Below, piece after piece: positions 25,387 through 36,090 of a stretch of DNA of 64,000 bases (positions are counted from its first letter, which is position 1; every line of letters begins with the position of its first letter). The translations under genes were made by a program, and so were the position numbers. The stretch comes from Clostridia bacterium (GTDB lineage: Bacteria > Bacillota > Clostridia > Oscillospirales > Acutalibacteraceae): positions 61,219-125,218 of the forward strand of contig JAFXAP010000011.1 in the NCBI GenBank assembly GCA_017516965.1, in the 5' to 3' direction. The notes below the pieces were generated by a model that searched no databases, had not been told where the DNA came from, and saw only the letters and a program-made list of their open reading frames with translations.

Positions 25387-27598
25387 TATTGAATTAAATG
25401 AAACCAAAGAAATAAGCGGTATTATTGAAAAAATAACCTATACTAATTCACAAAACGGCTATACAGTATGTACAGCAAGAGTGGGAAAAGAGCATATAAC
25501 TGTCGTCGGCACGTTGCCCTTTATTTCTATTGGTGACAATGTGAAATTCAGGGGTAAATTTATTGTTCATGCAACCTACGGCGAACAGTTTTCTGCCGAG
25601 TATTATGAGACGGTTACTCCTAAAACTGTAGCGGCTATTTTACGCTACTTATCTTCCGGTGTTATTAAAGGTGTTGGTCCTGCTACTGCAGAACGGATTG
25701 TTGAAAAATTTGGCGCTGATTCGCTTGAAGTAATACAAAATTCTCCTGAGGATTTATGTATTATAAAAGGTATTTCTTTGGAAAAAGCCCATAATATCTC
25801 TAATGAATACAAAAAACAGTTTGGTATTCGGGATCTTATGCTTATGCTAAGTCCTTATCAGATTTCCATGGAAAAATGTATTTCAATATATCAGTATCTT
25901 GGCATAAAAGCAGTAGAAAAGATACGGCAAAACCCTTATGTATTATGCGGTGATGGAATTGATATACCTTTTGAAAAGGTAGAAACCATTGCGTTTGATT
26001 TTGGAGTATCTTGTGAAAATGAAATGCGTATAGCAGCCGGTGTTGAATATGTACTTAGAAGAAATTTGTTAAATGGACATACCTGTTTACCTCGCAATAA
26101 ACTAGTTGATGTGTCTTCACGTTTGTTAGAAAATGATTTAAATCGCATAGAACAAGTATGCGATAAAATGATTGAAAACTTAATTTTGAGAACAAAAACA
26201 GTCGATGAAAAAGATTTTTTGATGTTGCCGGAATATTATAATGCTGAAGAATATATCGCTATGCGACTTTATGCTGCAAAAAATTATATTAATACATCAA
26301 ATTTTATTGATGAACTTGAAATAGATTTTGTTGAGAACAAACTTGGTATAAAATTTGAAAAATTACAACGCGAGGCAATTTCTAAAGCATTTAATGAGGC
26401 GGTGTTTATTTTAACAGGAGGACCTGGCACGGGAAAGACAACAACGCTTAACGCTATTATTGAACTATTTGAGCAACGAGATGCAAAAATAGTTCTTGCT
26501 GCGCCAACAGGTAGAGCGGCAAAGCGTATGACCGAGCTTACCGGTTTTGAAGCAAAAACCATACATCGTTTGTTGGAGGTTGAATGGACAAGCGATAATA
26601 AGCAGAGTTTTGCTCGAAATGAAAAAAATCCCATAGATTGTGATGCAATTATTATTGATGAGGCATCAATGCTTGATTCGCTTTTGTTTGAAAGCCTTTT
26701 ACATGCAATAAAACTTTCTACTCGTATAATTTTGGTTGGTGATACCGATCAATTGCCCAGTGTTTCAGCGGGAAATGTACTTAACGATATTTTGTCATCA
26801 AATTTATATTCTTCAGTTGCGCTAAAAAAAGTATTTAGACAAGCAAAAACAAGCACAATCGTGACTAATGCGCACGCAATTATTAATGGTGAAGAATCAA
26901 ATTTATCAAACAAATCAGACGACTTTTTTATGATGCATAGGGATTTTGCATCGGATGTTGCAAGCACTGTGCTCGAACTTTGTGATACGCGACTGCCCAA
27001 TGTGTATAACTTAAATCCGCTTACCGACATTCAGGTTCTTTGCCCTTCAAGAAAGGGGCAAACAGGTACGGTAAACCTAAATAATTTGTTGCAATCAACC
27101 CTCAATCCCAGAAACAATAATCAACCACAACTTGCCTATAAAGGTGTATATTACAGAACAGGCGACAAGGTAATGCAGATTAAAAATAACTATGATTTAC
27201 AATGGGAACGGGAAAACGGTGAAATCGGTTATGGCGTATTTAATGGTGACGTTGGTTATATAACCTTAATAGATATTAAGGGCGGAATACTCAAGGTAAA
27301 GTTTGATGATAAAATTGTTACATATTTTGTAGAAAATATTGGAGAACTTGAACTTGCCTATGCCGTTACTGTTCACAAAAGCCAAGGCAGTGAGTTTGAT
27401 TGTGTAATTCTACCTCTTTTTGATATTCCAACGCAATTGCTTTATAGAAACTTGCTTTATACGGCGGTTACAAGGGCAAAAAAACTTTTGATTGTTGTTG
27501 GTAATGAAGGCATATATCAAAAAATGGTGAATAATAATAAAAAGACGTTGAGATATACTCTTTTAAAGGATTTTTTATCAGAAAATGAACAAGTTTAA
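25379..27598 (+). CDS. recD2: RecD2-type SF1B ATP-dependent DNA helicase
   Basis: Walker A GGPGTGKTT, motifs ..IIIDEASMLD.. and ..LVGDTDQLPSV.., and C-terminal ..AYAVTVHKSQGSEF... 739 aa. Confidence 0.85.
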   Translation: MDDIELNETKEISGIIEKITYTNSQNGYTVCTARVGKEHITVVGTLPFISIGDNVKFRGKFIVHATYGEQFSAEYYETVTPKTVAAILRYLSSGVIKGVGPATAERIVEKFGADSLEVIQNSPEDLCIIKGISLEKAHNISNEYKKQFGIRDLMLMLSPYQISMEKCISIYQYLGIKAVEKIRQNPYVLCGDGIDIPFEKVETIAFDFGVSCENEMRIAAGVEYVLRRNLLNGHTCLPRNKLVDVSSRLLENDLNRIEQVCDKMIENLILRTKTVDEKDFLMLPEYYNAEEYIAMRLYAAKNYINTSNFIDELEIDFVENKLGIKFEKLQREAISKAFNEAVFILTGGPGTGKTTTLNAIIELFEQRDAKIVLAAPTGRAAKRMTELTGFEAKTIHRLLEVEWTSDNKQSFARNEKNPIDCDAIIIDEASMLDSLLFESLLHAIKLSTRIILVGDTDQLPSVSAGNVLNDILSSNLYSSVALKKVFRQAKTSTIVTNAHAIINGEESNLSNKSDDFFMMHRDFASDVASTVLELCDTRLPNVYNLNPLTDIQVLCPSRKGQTGTVNLNNLLQSTLNPRNNNQPQLAYKGVYYRTGDKVMQIKNNYDLQWERENGEIGYGVFNGDVGYITLIDIKGGILKVKFDDKIVTYFVENIGELELAYAVTVHKSQGSEFDCVILPLFDIPTQLLYRNLLYTAVTRAKKLLIVVGNEGIYQKMVNNNKKTLRYTLLKDFLSENEQV

Positions 27599-28286
27599 AA
27601 AAATCGTCGATATAATAGTTACTACAATATATCCTAACAAATGTCTTGGCTGTGGAAAAATTCTTGATGATGATAATTACTTGTGTGAAGAATGTAATGC
27701 AAAAATAGAACGAAACGACCTTGAAAAAATATGTCTTAATTGCGGTTTGGAAGAGCACGACTGTGTTTGCAAGTATAATGTCTATAGATTCAATTCTTTA
27801 ATAACAGTTTTTAAAAATCAAGGTGTTGCTCAAAAGATATGCTATAATTATAAATTCAAAAAACGTCAGCATTATGTTCGATTTTTCGCAAAAGAAATTT
27901 GTAATGCAATAGGTAATTGTTATGATAATGTTGAGTTCGATTTTGTTTGTGCAGTTCCTTCTTTTGACCGATTTGGTTTTGACCATAGTGGCTATATTGC
28001 GCGCGCCGTTGCTAAAAAGTTGAATTTACCATTTTATAATAATATGTTACAGTGCGTTAAGAAAACAAAAAAACAGCACAAGTCTAGTTATAAAGAAAGA
28101 CTAAGTAATGTTGACGATAAATATTGCACGACTCAAAGCATATCAACGGTAAACGTGTTGTTGATTGACGATATTAAAACAACCGGCGCTACCTTAGATG
28201 AATGCGCAAAGCAACTTCTTTTTGCAGGCGCCGACAGCGTTTATTGTGTTTCGGTATTAGGCAGTGTAACAAATATTGAAAAATGA
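27585..28286 (+). CDS. comFC: ComF family protein (ComFC-like phosphoribosyltransferase-fold)
   Basis: An N-terminal double zinc ribbon (CLGCG...CEEC, CLNCG...C.C) and a PRTase motif VLLIDDIKTTGATL. Confidence 0.8.
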   Translation: MNKFKKIVDIIVTTIYPNKCLGCGKILDDDNYLCEECNAKIERNDLEKICLNCGLEEHDCVCKYNVYRFNSLITVFKNQGVAQKICYNYKFKKRQHYVRFFAKEICNAIGNCYDNVEFDFVCAVPSFDRFGFDHSGYIARAVAKKLNLPFYNNMLQCVKKTKKQHKSSYKERLSNVDDKYCTTQSISTVNVLLIDDIKTTGATLDECAKQLLFAGADSVYCVSVLGSVTNIEK

Positions 28287-28324
28287 AAGAATATGATGTA
28301 TAATAAATTCTGGCGGTGATTTTA

Positions 28325-29347
28325 ATGGCTATGGAAATAGGTATTGATATAGGTTCTTCAAAAACTGTAATTTTTTCTTCTTCAAAGGTTGTGCTTGAAT
28401 TACCAAGCATTGTTACGGTTGACAGCGACACATATGAACCTTATTATTTTGGTGAAAAGGCGAAGCAAACATTAGGGCGAACCCCAGATTCTTTTGAGTG
28501 TGTTTTTCCAATAAAACATGGCATTATTGCTGAATATGATATTGCTGAAGCAATGCTTAAAGAGTATATGGGTATGGCTTTTGGTAATAAAATTGTACGC
28601 CCTAAAATTATGGCAACATTGCCTGTAGGGCTTACAGAACTTCAGCACCATTCTCTTTCAAATGTAGTAGAGGCCGCAGGCGGTAGAAATATATCTGTAA
28701 TAGAAAGCCCGCTTGCAATTGCATTTGGGTTAGGTCTTGATTTTTCTAAACCTCACGGTTATCTTATCGTCGATATTGGCGCCGGTACTACTGATATTGC
28801 AGTTGTTTCTATGGGTGGTATTGCGGCTTGTGAATCTTTTAAAACGGCTTCTTATGATTTTGATTCGCAAATAATGCGATATATTCGCAAAGAATATAAT
28901 ATTGAAATTGGTAATTTAATGGCTGAATCTATAAAGAAACAAATTGGATCAGTTATTCAGCGTGATGTTGAAATTGCAATGGTGGCAAAGGGACGTAATG
29001 TATTTACCGGTTTGCCCGAAAGTTTTGAAATAACCTCCTCCGAAATTTATGAAGCAATTAAGGAAACCGCAGATGCCATTTGCAATTCTATAAGATTGGT
29101 GCTTTCAAAAACCGATCCTGAACTTGTTGCAGATATAAATAATGATGGTCTTTATCTTGCTGGTGGCGGTTCTTTAATATATGGTATGGATAAATTGATT
29201 TCCGAATATACGGGCACTACTGTTCACACGTTAGAAGATCCAACACACAGTGTTGTTAGGGGCGCGGCTGTGGCGCTACGTCGTCCGGAACTTTTAAAGC
29301 ACGTTAACTATCAACTGCGCTCTATAAGAGAATTAACAATTGAGTAA
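28325..29347 (+). CDS. MreB/Mbl-family actin-like protein
   Basis: IGIDIGSSKT (phosphate 1), VDIGAGTTDIAV (phosphate 2) and LAGGGSLIYG (adenosine motif). No mreCD genes are adjacent. Confidence 0.75.
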   Translation: MAMEIGIDIGSSKTVIFSSSKVVLELPSIVTVDSDTYEPYYFGEKAKQTLGRTPDSFECVFPIKHGIIAEYDIAEAMLKEYMGMAFGNKIVRPKIMATLPVGLTELQHHSLSNVVEAAGGRNISVIESPLAIAFGLGLDFSKPHGYLIVDIGAGTTDIAVVSMGGIAACESFKTASYDFDSQIMRYIRKEYNIEIGNLMAESIKKQIGSVIQRDVEIAMVAKGRNVFTGLPESFEITSSEIYEAIKETADAICNSIRLVLSKTDPELVADINNDGLYLAGGGSLIYGMDKLISEYTGTTVHTLEDPTHSVVRGAAVALRRPELLKHVNYQLRSIRELTIE

Positions 29348-29355
29348 AAAAACAC

Positions 29356-29530
29356 TTGACAAATAAAAATCTTGTGGTATAATTAGCAAGACAATGAAGA
29401 AGAGCATACCTATGTTTCTCACCTTAACGTGTGTTATCGTAAGGTTAATAAGATAAGATTTTTATTTTGTTTTATTAGACGTGGGTATATTATGCTCACG
29501 TCTTTGTTATTATTTTCGGAGGTGCTTTAC
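29356..29530 (+). promoter_or_regulatory. Promoter plus L20-type leader/attenuator of the infC-rpmI-rplT operon
   Basis: TTGACA (29356-29361), a 16-nt spacer, then TGGTATAAT. A leader of about 140 nt ends in the hairpin AGACGTG...CACGTCT followed by TTGTTATTATTTT, just before the infC SD. This is the position of the Firmicutes L20 leader. Confidence 0.55.
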
Positions 29531-29531
29531 A

Positions 29532-30053
29532 ATCGCTATTAAAGAATTTGCCATCAACACAGACATCAAATTCAAAAAGGTTTTAGTTATCGATACGGAC
29601 GGTTCTTCACTTGGAGTTCTTCCTATTGAAAAAGCTCTTGAGGCAGCTTATGCTAAGGAACTTGACCTTGTGTGTATGTCACAAAAAGGTGACACGCCCA
29701 CTTGCAAAATTATGGACTACGGTAAGTTCCATTTTGAGCAAATGAAACGTGAAAAAGAGTCTAGAAAAAATCAAAAGGTAATCGAAATCAAAGAAATTCG
29801 TATTGTCGGTACTGGTATCGATGATCACGACATTGATACGAAATGTAGTCACATTATACGCTTTTTGACAAAAGGTAATAAAGTTAAGATTACAGTTCGT
29901 TTGAGAGGCCGAGAAAATGGTCATCCCGATCAAGCTTTTGATGTGATGAAAAAAATTGCTGAAAGATGCGAACAATATTGCACTATTGAAAAGGACGCTA
30001 AGTTAGAAGGCAGAAATGTGCTTATGTTCTTAGCACCTAAGTCTGGTAAGTAA
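29532..30053 (+). CDS. infC: Translation initiation factor IF-3 (probable non-AUG start)
   Basis: ...[31 protein letters not shown]... and the C-domain [19 protein letters not shown] ends at 29524. The in-frame ATC at 29532 or ATT at 29538 is the likely start, since IF-3 genes classically use AUU-type starts. The ORF-track start at 29481 lies inside the leader terminator. Confidence 0.8.
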   Translation: MAIKEFAINTDIKFKKVLVIDTDGSSLGVLPIEKALEAAYAKELDLVCMSQKGDTPTCKIMDYGKFHFEQMKREKESRKNQKVIEIKEIRIVGTGIDDHDIDTKCSHIIRFLTKGNKVKITVRLRGRENGHPDQAFDVMKKIAERCEQYCTIEKDAKLEGRNVLMFLAPKSGK

Positions 30054-30073
30054 ATTGCAGGAGGATAAAAATT

Positions 30074-30271
30074 ATGCCAAAGATCAAAACACACAGTGGC
30101 GCTAAAAAGCGCTTTAAGCTCACAAAAAACGGCAAGGTAAAACGCGCTCATGCTTTCAAGTCTCACATTCTTAACAAGAAGACTACAAAGCGTAAGAGAA
30201 ACTTGCGTAAAGTTGTATGCGCTGATGTAACAAATGTTGCAACAGTAAAGAAACTTATTCCTTATAAGTAA
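30074..30271 (+). CDS. rpmI: 50S ribosomal protein L35
   Basis: [24 protein letters not shown]... Confidence 0.95.
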   Translation: MPKIKTHSGAKKRFKLTKNGKVKRAHAFKSHILNKKTTKRKRNLRKVVCADVTNVATVKKLIPYK

Positions 30272-30303
30272 TCGTTAAACTTGAAAGTGGAGGTAAACTT
30301 TAA

Positions 30304-30663
30304 ATGGCTCGTATAAAAGGTGCGTTAGCAACACGCAAAAGAAGAAAAAAGGTTCTTAAACTTGCCAAAGGTTATTTTGGCGCAAAATCAAAACTCTTTA
30401 AAACTGCTAAAGAAGCAGTTATGAAATCTGGTAACTACGCTTATATCGGTCGTAGACTTAAAAAGCGTGATTTTCGTCGTCTTTGGATTACCCGTATTTC
30501 TGCTGCAGCTAAGATGAACGGTATGAACTATTCAACATTTATGAACGGTCTTAATAAGGCTGGTGTTCAGATCAACCGTAAGATGCTTGCTGACATAGCA
30601 GTAAACGATGCTGCAGGTTTTGCAAATCTTGTAAAAACTGCTCAAAAAGCATTAGATAAATAA
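30304..30663 (+). CDS. rplT: 50S ribosomal protein L20
   Basis: [26 protein letters not shown]... Confidence 0.95.
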   Translation: MARIKGALATRKRRKKVLKLAKGYFGAKSKLFKTAKEAVMKSGNYAYIGRRLKKRDFRRLWITRISAAAKMNGMNYSTFMNGLNKAGVQINRKMLADIAVNDAAGFANLVKTAQKALDK

Positions 30664-30670
30664 TTTTACC

Positions 30671-30711
30671 TCGCCCGAGATACAACTGTTTCTCGGGCGA
30701 ATTTTGCTTTT
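30671..30711 (+). terminator. Rho-independent terminator after rplT
   Basis: TCGCCCGAGA (30671-30680) pairs with TCTCGGGCGA (30691-30700), followed by ATTTTGCTTTT. Confidence 0.8.
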
Positions 30712-30727
30712 ATTTTAGGAGAAAAAT

Positions 30728-31513
30728 ATGCCTGAATTTGTAAAAATAACTTCAAAAGACAATCAGCTTATCAAGTTTGTTAGCCTTTTACAAACGTCCG
30801 CAAAACAAAGAAAACAAAGCGGTTTATTTGTGCTTGAGGGTTTGAGAATTTGTACCGATGCATATGATAACAATATCAAGTTTGATAAACTGATTGTGAC
30901 CGAAACTGCTCTTCAAAAGTATAGCGACAACGTTGATATGTTTTCTGCAATTAGTGACAGTTGCTATGTTTTGAGTGAAAATTTATTTAAAAAAATTAGT
31001 GATACCAATTCTCCACAAGGTATTATTGCTGTTGCAAAAATGCCTCTAAAAACATCTGAAATTTCTAACAGTGGTAGATATATTGCTCTTGAAAATCTTG
31101 CCGATCCGTCAAATCTTGGTGCAATTGCGCGAACTGCCGAAGCTCTTGGAGTAAGTGGAATTATTATGTCTGCCGACAGTTGTGATCCATTTGCGCCAAA
31201 ATCTTTACGTAGTTCTATGGGTACATTGCTCAGACTGCCAATTTTTGTTGTGGATGACATTATGACATGCATCAAAGATAATAACTTGCGTTCTTTTGCC
31301 TGTGTTGTAGATAAGGATGCCCAAAATATTGCTAGTCAAACTTTTTCAGACGGAGATGTTTTGTTAATTGGTAATGAGGCTAACGGTCTATCAGATGACG
31401 TAAAGTCAAATGCTGATTATTTAATTACAATTAAAATGCAAGGCAAAGCCGAATCACTAAATGCGGCGGCAGCTGCTGCAATTGCAATGTGGGAAATGAT
31501 AAAGGAAGTATAG
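30728..31513 (+). CDS. TrmH/SpoU-family RNA 2'-O-methyltransferase
   Basis: SpoU motifs NLGAIARTAEALGV, LLIGNEANGLS and SLNAAAAAAIAMWE. Confidence 0.8.
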   Translation: MPEFVKITSKDNQLIKFVSLLQTSAKQRKQSGLFVLEGLRICTDAYDNNIKFDKLIVTETALQKYSDNVDMFSAISDSCYVLSENLFKKISDTNSPQGIIAVAKMPLKTSEISNSGRYIALENLADPSNLGAIARTAEALGVSGIIMSADSCDPFAPKSLRSSMGTLLRLPIFVVDDIMTCIKDNNLRSFACVVDKDAQNIASQTFSDGDVLLIGNEANGLSDDVKSNADYLITIKMQGKAESLNAAAAAAIAMWEMIKEV

Positions 31514-31514
31514 T

Positions 31515-32666
31515 ATGTTGCTTTCAAAAGAAAATATAACTCTTGTTAACCTAATAACACTGCAACAAGCATTTGGCGCAGGTAGCATTAAGGCTGTAAA
31601 ACTTTTTAATTTTATGCGTGAAAGAAATATACTTGATAATCCTCTTTCTAAAGACACCATTAAAAATCTTTTACAACCTAAAGATGCAGAAAAATTATTG
31701 TCTTTTGATACACAAAAGATTTATAAAATAATCGATGACTGTATAAAAAATGAAATTGCAATTATTACAATATGCGATGCTAATTATCCTGAGAGATTAC
31801 GTAATATTAACGATTGTCCTATTGTATTATATATTAAGGGTGAGTTGTCGGATGTTGATAAATTGCCTTATATTTCAATTGTTGGTCCGCGTAAAATCTC
31901 TGAATACGGTAAAAAGGCTGCTTTTTCACTCGGCAAGCGTTTAGCAAAGTCGGGTATGATTGTTGTTAGCGGCGCTGCTCTCGGGGCTGATACCTATGCT
32001 CATAGCGGTGCATTGGCGGCAAAGGGAAAAACAATTGCTGTTTTGGGTTGTGGTATATGCTACGATTATTTGCCCGAAAATCGTCATTTGAGAGAAACAA
32101 TCAGTAAAAACGGTTGTCTTATCAGTGAATATCCGCCGTATACCGCTGCAACTAAGTATAGTTTTCCTATAAGGAATCGTATAATTTCTGCGCTGTCTTT
32201 AGGTACAGTTGTAATAGAGGCATCCCTAAAGAGTGGCTCACTTATTACAGCGCGTCTTGCGAACGAGCAGGGCAGAGATGTTTTTGTTATACCGGGAAAT
32301 CCTTCTCTCGATAACTACAAAGGTTCTAATGCACTTTTGCGTGATGGCGCTATTCCACTTTTGAATGCAAGTGATATATTTAATCAGTATTTATTAAAAT
32401 TTCCGGAACATATAGACATTGAAAAAGCTTTTTTGGAAGAAAAAGATGAAAGAATAAATGAAAAAATTAAAAAAAATTTAGATATAGGTCTTTCAAAAGA
32501 GGCAAAAATAGTGTATAATAATTTGAATAGTCAAAAATTCACAGTCGATGACTTGTTATCTCTTGATTTAAGTGATGATCAATTACTGTCAGCATTGAGC
32601 GAACTTGAAATTGAGGGTATTATCAAAGCATTGCCCGGCGGAATATATGATTTAACTAATAACTAA
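31515..32666 (+). CDS. dprA: DNA processing protein DprA (Smf)
   Basis: Rossmann-like DprA core ..IVGPRK.S.YG......LA..G..VVSGAALGADT.AH..AL.. and ..VIEA..KSGSLITA. It sits upstream of topA, as in Bacillus. Confidence 0.85.
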   Translation: MLLSKENITLVNLITLQQAFGAGSIKAVKLFNFMRERNILDNPLSKDTIKNLLQPKDAEKLLSFDTQKIYKIIDDCIKNEIAIITICDANYPERLRNINDCPIVLYIKGELSDVDKLPYISIVGPRKISEYGKKAAFSLGKRLAKSGMIVVSGAALGADTYAHSGALAAKGKTIAVLGCGICYDYLPENRHLRETISKNGCLISEYPPYTAATKYSFPIRNRIISALSLGTVVIEASLKSGSLITARLANEQGRDVFVIPGNPSLDNYKGSNALLRDGAIPLLNASDIFNQYLLKFPEHIDIEKAFLEEKDERINEKIKKNLDIGLSKEAKIVYNNLNSQKFTVDDLLSLDLSDDQLLSALSELEIEGIIKALPGGIYDLTNN

Positions 32667-32679
32667 AAGGAGATATCTA

Positions 32680-34773
32680 ATGGCAAAACTTGTTATTGTT
32701 GAGTCACCAAGCAAAATTAAAAGTGTAAAAAAATACCTCGGTAGTGGCTATAATGTTATGGCTTCTGTCGGTCACGTTCGTGATTTGCCTAAATCAAAAC
32801 TTGGTGTTGATATAGAAAATGATTTTAGACCTCAATATATTAATATGCCCGATAAAAAGGATATAATTAAACAACTAAAAGATGCTGCTGCTAACAGTGA
32901 GCAGGTTCTTCTTGCAACCGACCCGGACCGTGAGGGTGAGGCTATTTCTTGGCATTTGGCGCACATATTAGGTCTTGACTTAAATGAGGAAAATCGTATT
33001 TGTTTTAACGAAATAACACAATCGGGTGTTAATGTTGGTATAAACAACCCACATAAAATTAATCTCGATCTTGTTGATGCGCAACAAGCTCGTCGAGTTC
33101 TTGACAGAATTGTTGGCTATAAGTTAAGTCCGTTTTTGTGGCGCAAGGTAAAAAGCGGTTTGTCTGCAGGTAGAGTTCAGACTGCGGTTCTTCGTCTTAT
33201 TGTTGAGCGTGAACGCGAGATTGAGGCATTCCAAAGTGAAGAATATTGGACTGTTGATGCAAAACTCAAAGCAGACAGAAAAAGTTTTGATGCTAAACTT
33301 TTTGGCACTGTTGATGGTAAAAAAATCGACACTATTTGCGATGCCAATACTGCAAACGGTATAGTTTCAGAACTTGAAAATGCTCAATACGTTGTAAGTG
33401 ATATTAAAAAGGGAACACGCAATCGCCAACCTGCTCCTCCATTTATTACTTCAACACTTCAGCAAGAAGCTTCAAGAAAACTTAATTATAATGGTCAACG
33501 TACTATGCGTATTGCACAGCAACTTTATGAAGGTATTGATATTCCGGGGCACGGCGCAACCGGTCTTATTACCTATATGCGTACCGATTCGCTTCGTATT
33601 TCAGAGGAGGCACGTGCCGCCGCAACAAAGTATATTGATCAAAAATACGGTAAAAAATATTTACCGTCAAAACCACGATATTTCAAATCAAAAAGCGGCG
33701 CACAAGATGCGCACGAAGCAATTCGTCCTACAAATATTTTCTTAACTCCTGATGAGGTTAAGGGTGCGGTTACTGTTGAGCAATATAATTTGTATAAGCT
33801 CATTTGGGAACGTTTTATAGCCTCTTTAATGGCGGCATGCGTTCAAAAGACCGTTGCTGTTGATATTTCAGCCGGTAATTATTTGTTTAAGGCAAGTGGC
33901 TATTCGGTTGATTTTAAAGGCTTTACCGAACTTTATGAAGAAGGTAAGGATGAAAAAGATACCGATGGCGCTGAACTGCCTGTAATGAATGTAGGGGATA
34001 TTTTAAAACTTAAATCTCTTACACCAAATCAGCACTTTACTCAGCCACCACCACGCTATACCGAGCCTACTCTTACAAAGACACTCGAAGAAAACGGTAT
34101 TGGCAGACCTTCAACATTTGCATCTATACTTGCAGTAATTTCTGATAGAAATTATGTTGAAAAAGAAAAGAAAACCTTTAAACCTACTCAACTCGGATTT
34201 GCTGTTTGTGATCTTATGAATGAATATTTTTCTCGTATATTCGAAGCAAAATTTACAGCAGGTCTTGAGAAAAAATTAGATAAAATCGGTATTGGTGAAC
34301 TTGATTGGGTTGAAACTATTGCTGATTTTTATGGCGATTTTGATTCCCACTACAAAAAAGCTGAACAAGCTCTTAGCGGTAGGCGTGTAAAAGTACCGGT
34401 TGTTGAAACTGATGTCGTTTGTGAAAAATGCGGCAGAAAAATGGTTGAAAAAAGCGGTAGATTTGGCAAATTCCTTGCGTGCCCCGGATATCCGGAATGT
34501 AAAAATACAAAACCAATGCCGGAAGATGAGGTAAAACAACCTTGCCCTAAATGTGGTTCAAAACTTCTTAAAAAAGTTTCTAAAAAAGGTAAGAAGTTTT
34601 ATGGTTGTTCTAACTATCCAAAATGTGATTTTGCCTCTCCCGGTGTTCCAACCGGTGAAATTTGTTCTGAATGTGGTGGGTATATTATTTCCGGTATTAG
34701 AAATCGCAAGTATTGTATGAATTCTGAATGTCCGACAAGAAAAGCGGTTACAAAGACTAAAAAGGAAAAATAA
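32680..34773 (+). CDS. topA: DNA topoisomerase I
   Basis: TOPRIM LVIVESPSK...ATDPDREGEAISWH, active-site context ITYMRTDS, and C-terminal Cys4 zinc ribbons. Confidence 0.95.
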   Translation: MAKLVIVESPSKIKSVKKYLGSGYNVMASVGHVRDLPKSKLGVDIENDFRPQYINMPDKKDIIKQLKDAAANSEQVLLATDPDREGEAISWHLAHILGLDLNEENRICFNEITQSGVNVGINNPHKINLDLVDAQQARRVLDRIVGYKLSPFLWRKVKSGLSAGRVQTAVLRLIVEREREIEAFQSEEYWTVDAKLKADRKSFDAKLFGTVDGKKIDTICDANTANGIVSELENAQYVVSDIKKGTRNRQPAPPFITSTLQQEASRKLNYNGQRTMRIAQQLYEGIDIPGHGATGLITYMRTDSLRISEEARAAATKYIDQKYGKKYLPSKPRYFKSKSGAQDAHEAIRPTNIFLTPDEVKGAVTVEQYNLYKLIWERFIASLMAACVQKTVAVDISAGNYLFKASGYSVDFKGFTELYEEGKDEKDTDGAELPVMNVGDILKLKSLTPNQHFTQPPPRYTEPTLTKTLEENGIGRPSTFASILAVISDRNYVEKEKKTFKPTQLGFAVCDLMNEYFSRIFEAKFTAGLEKKLDKIGIGELDWVETIADFYGDFDSHYKKAEQALSGRRVKVPVVETDVVCEKCGRKMVEKSGRFGKFLACPGYPECKNTKPMPEDEVKQPCPKCGSKLLKKVSKKGKKFYGCSNYPKCDFASPGVPTGEICSECGGYIISGIRNRKYCMNSECPTRKAVTKTKKEK

Positions 34774-34774
34774 T

Positions 34775-36085
34775 ATGAAAAAAATTACCGTAATTGGTGC
34801 GGGTCTTGCGGGTTGCGAGGCAGCATATGCCGCCGCAAAACGCGGTATTAAGGTTGATTTAATTGAAATGAAGCCTTTAAAAAAGTCTCCCGCGCATAAA
34901 ACCGATAATTTTGCTGAACTTGTGTGTTCTAATTCTCTTAAGGCGTCACGAATCGATTCAGCTGCAGGGCTTTTAAAACAAGAAATGCGAATTTTGGGCT
35001 CACTTTGCCTTGAGGCCGCTGATAATGCGCAGGTTCCTGCCGGTGGCGCATTGGCGGTTGACCGTAATTTATTTTCTGAGTTTATTACTCAAAAAATAAA
35101 AGAAAATCCAAACATTAACGTCATTAATGATATAGTTAATGAATTGCCTGAAAATGAGATTTGTGTTGTTGCAACAGGACCTTTAACTGATGGTGCATTA
35201 GCTGAAGAAATTGAAAATATTACTGGGGAAGGTCATCTCAGTTTTTATGATGCTGCAGCACCCATTGTAACAGCGGAAAGTGTTGATTTTTCATCTGCAT
35301 TTATAGCGTCACGTTATGACCGTGATGAATCGGGTGAAGGTGACTATATAAACTGTCCGATGAATAAAGAGGAATACGAAGCGTTTCACAATGCTTTAAT
35401 AAATGCAGAAGGAGCGCCGCTGCACGAATTTGATAAACAACTTAAGGTTTATGAAGGTTGTATGCCAATTGAGGTTTTAGCCCGTCGTGGAGCCGATTCA
35501 ATAAGATTTGGTCCTTTAAAACCTGTTGGTTTGCGTGACCCTAAGACCGGTCATAGACCTTGGGCGGTTGCGCAACTCAGAAAGGAAAATAGCCAGGGAA
35601 CGCTTTATAATCTCGTCGGTTTTCAAACTAATCTAAAATTTGGCGAACAAAAAAGGTTTTTTTCGATGATACCCGCACTTAAAAATGCCGATTTTATGCG
35701 CTATGGTGTAATGCATCGTAATACATTTATAAATTCGCCTAAAGTGTTAAACCACGACCTTTCATTAAAGCAAAATAAAAATATATTTTTTGCAGGTCAA
35801 CTTTCAGGCGTTGAGGGCTATATGGAATCCGCGGCTTCAGGTATAATAGCTGGAATTAATGCTGTAAATAAATTACTTGATAAAGAAGCAGTTATTTTGC
35901 CAAAATTCACTATGATTGGTGCTTTAATTGATTATATAACCGATGAAACAGTTACAAATTTTCAACCTATGGGCGCAAATTTTGGTGTTTTACCAGCGCT
36001 TGAAACACATATAAGGGACAAGCGTGAGCGATATATGGCTTTAGCAAACAGATCACTTGAATATTTTAAAACTATTGGGGAGTGA
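34775..36085 (+). CDS. trmFO: Methylenetetrahydrofolate--tRNA-(uracil54-C5)-methyltransferase TrmFO
   Basis: VIGAGLAGCEAA FAD motif and ..ELVCSNSLK... 436 aa. It follows topA, as gid/trmFO does in Bacillus. Confidence 0.9.
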   Translation: MKKITVIGAGLAGCEAAYAAAKRGIKVDLIEMKPLKKSPAHKTDNFAELVCSNSLKASRIDSAAGLLKQEMRILGSLCLEAADNAQVPAGGALAVDRNLFSEFITQKIKENPNINVINDIVNELPENEICVVATGPLTDGALAEEIENITGEGHLSFYDAAAPIVTAESVDFSSAFIASRYDRDESGEGDYINCPMNKEEYEAFHNALINAEGAPLHEFDKQLKVYEGCMPIEVLARRGADSIRFGPLKPVGLRDPKTGHRPWAVAQLRKENSQGTLYNLVGFQTNLKFGEQKRFFSMIPALKNADFMRYGVMHRNTFINSPKVLNHDLSLKQNKNIFFAGQLSGVEGYMESAASGIIAGINAVNKLLDKEAVILPKFTMIGALIDYITDETVTNFQPMGANFGVLPALETHIRDKRERYMALANRSLEYFKTIGE

Positions 36086-36090
36086 AAAAT

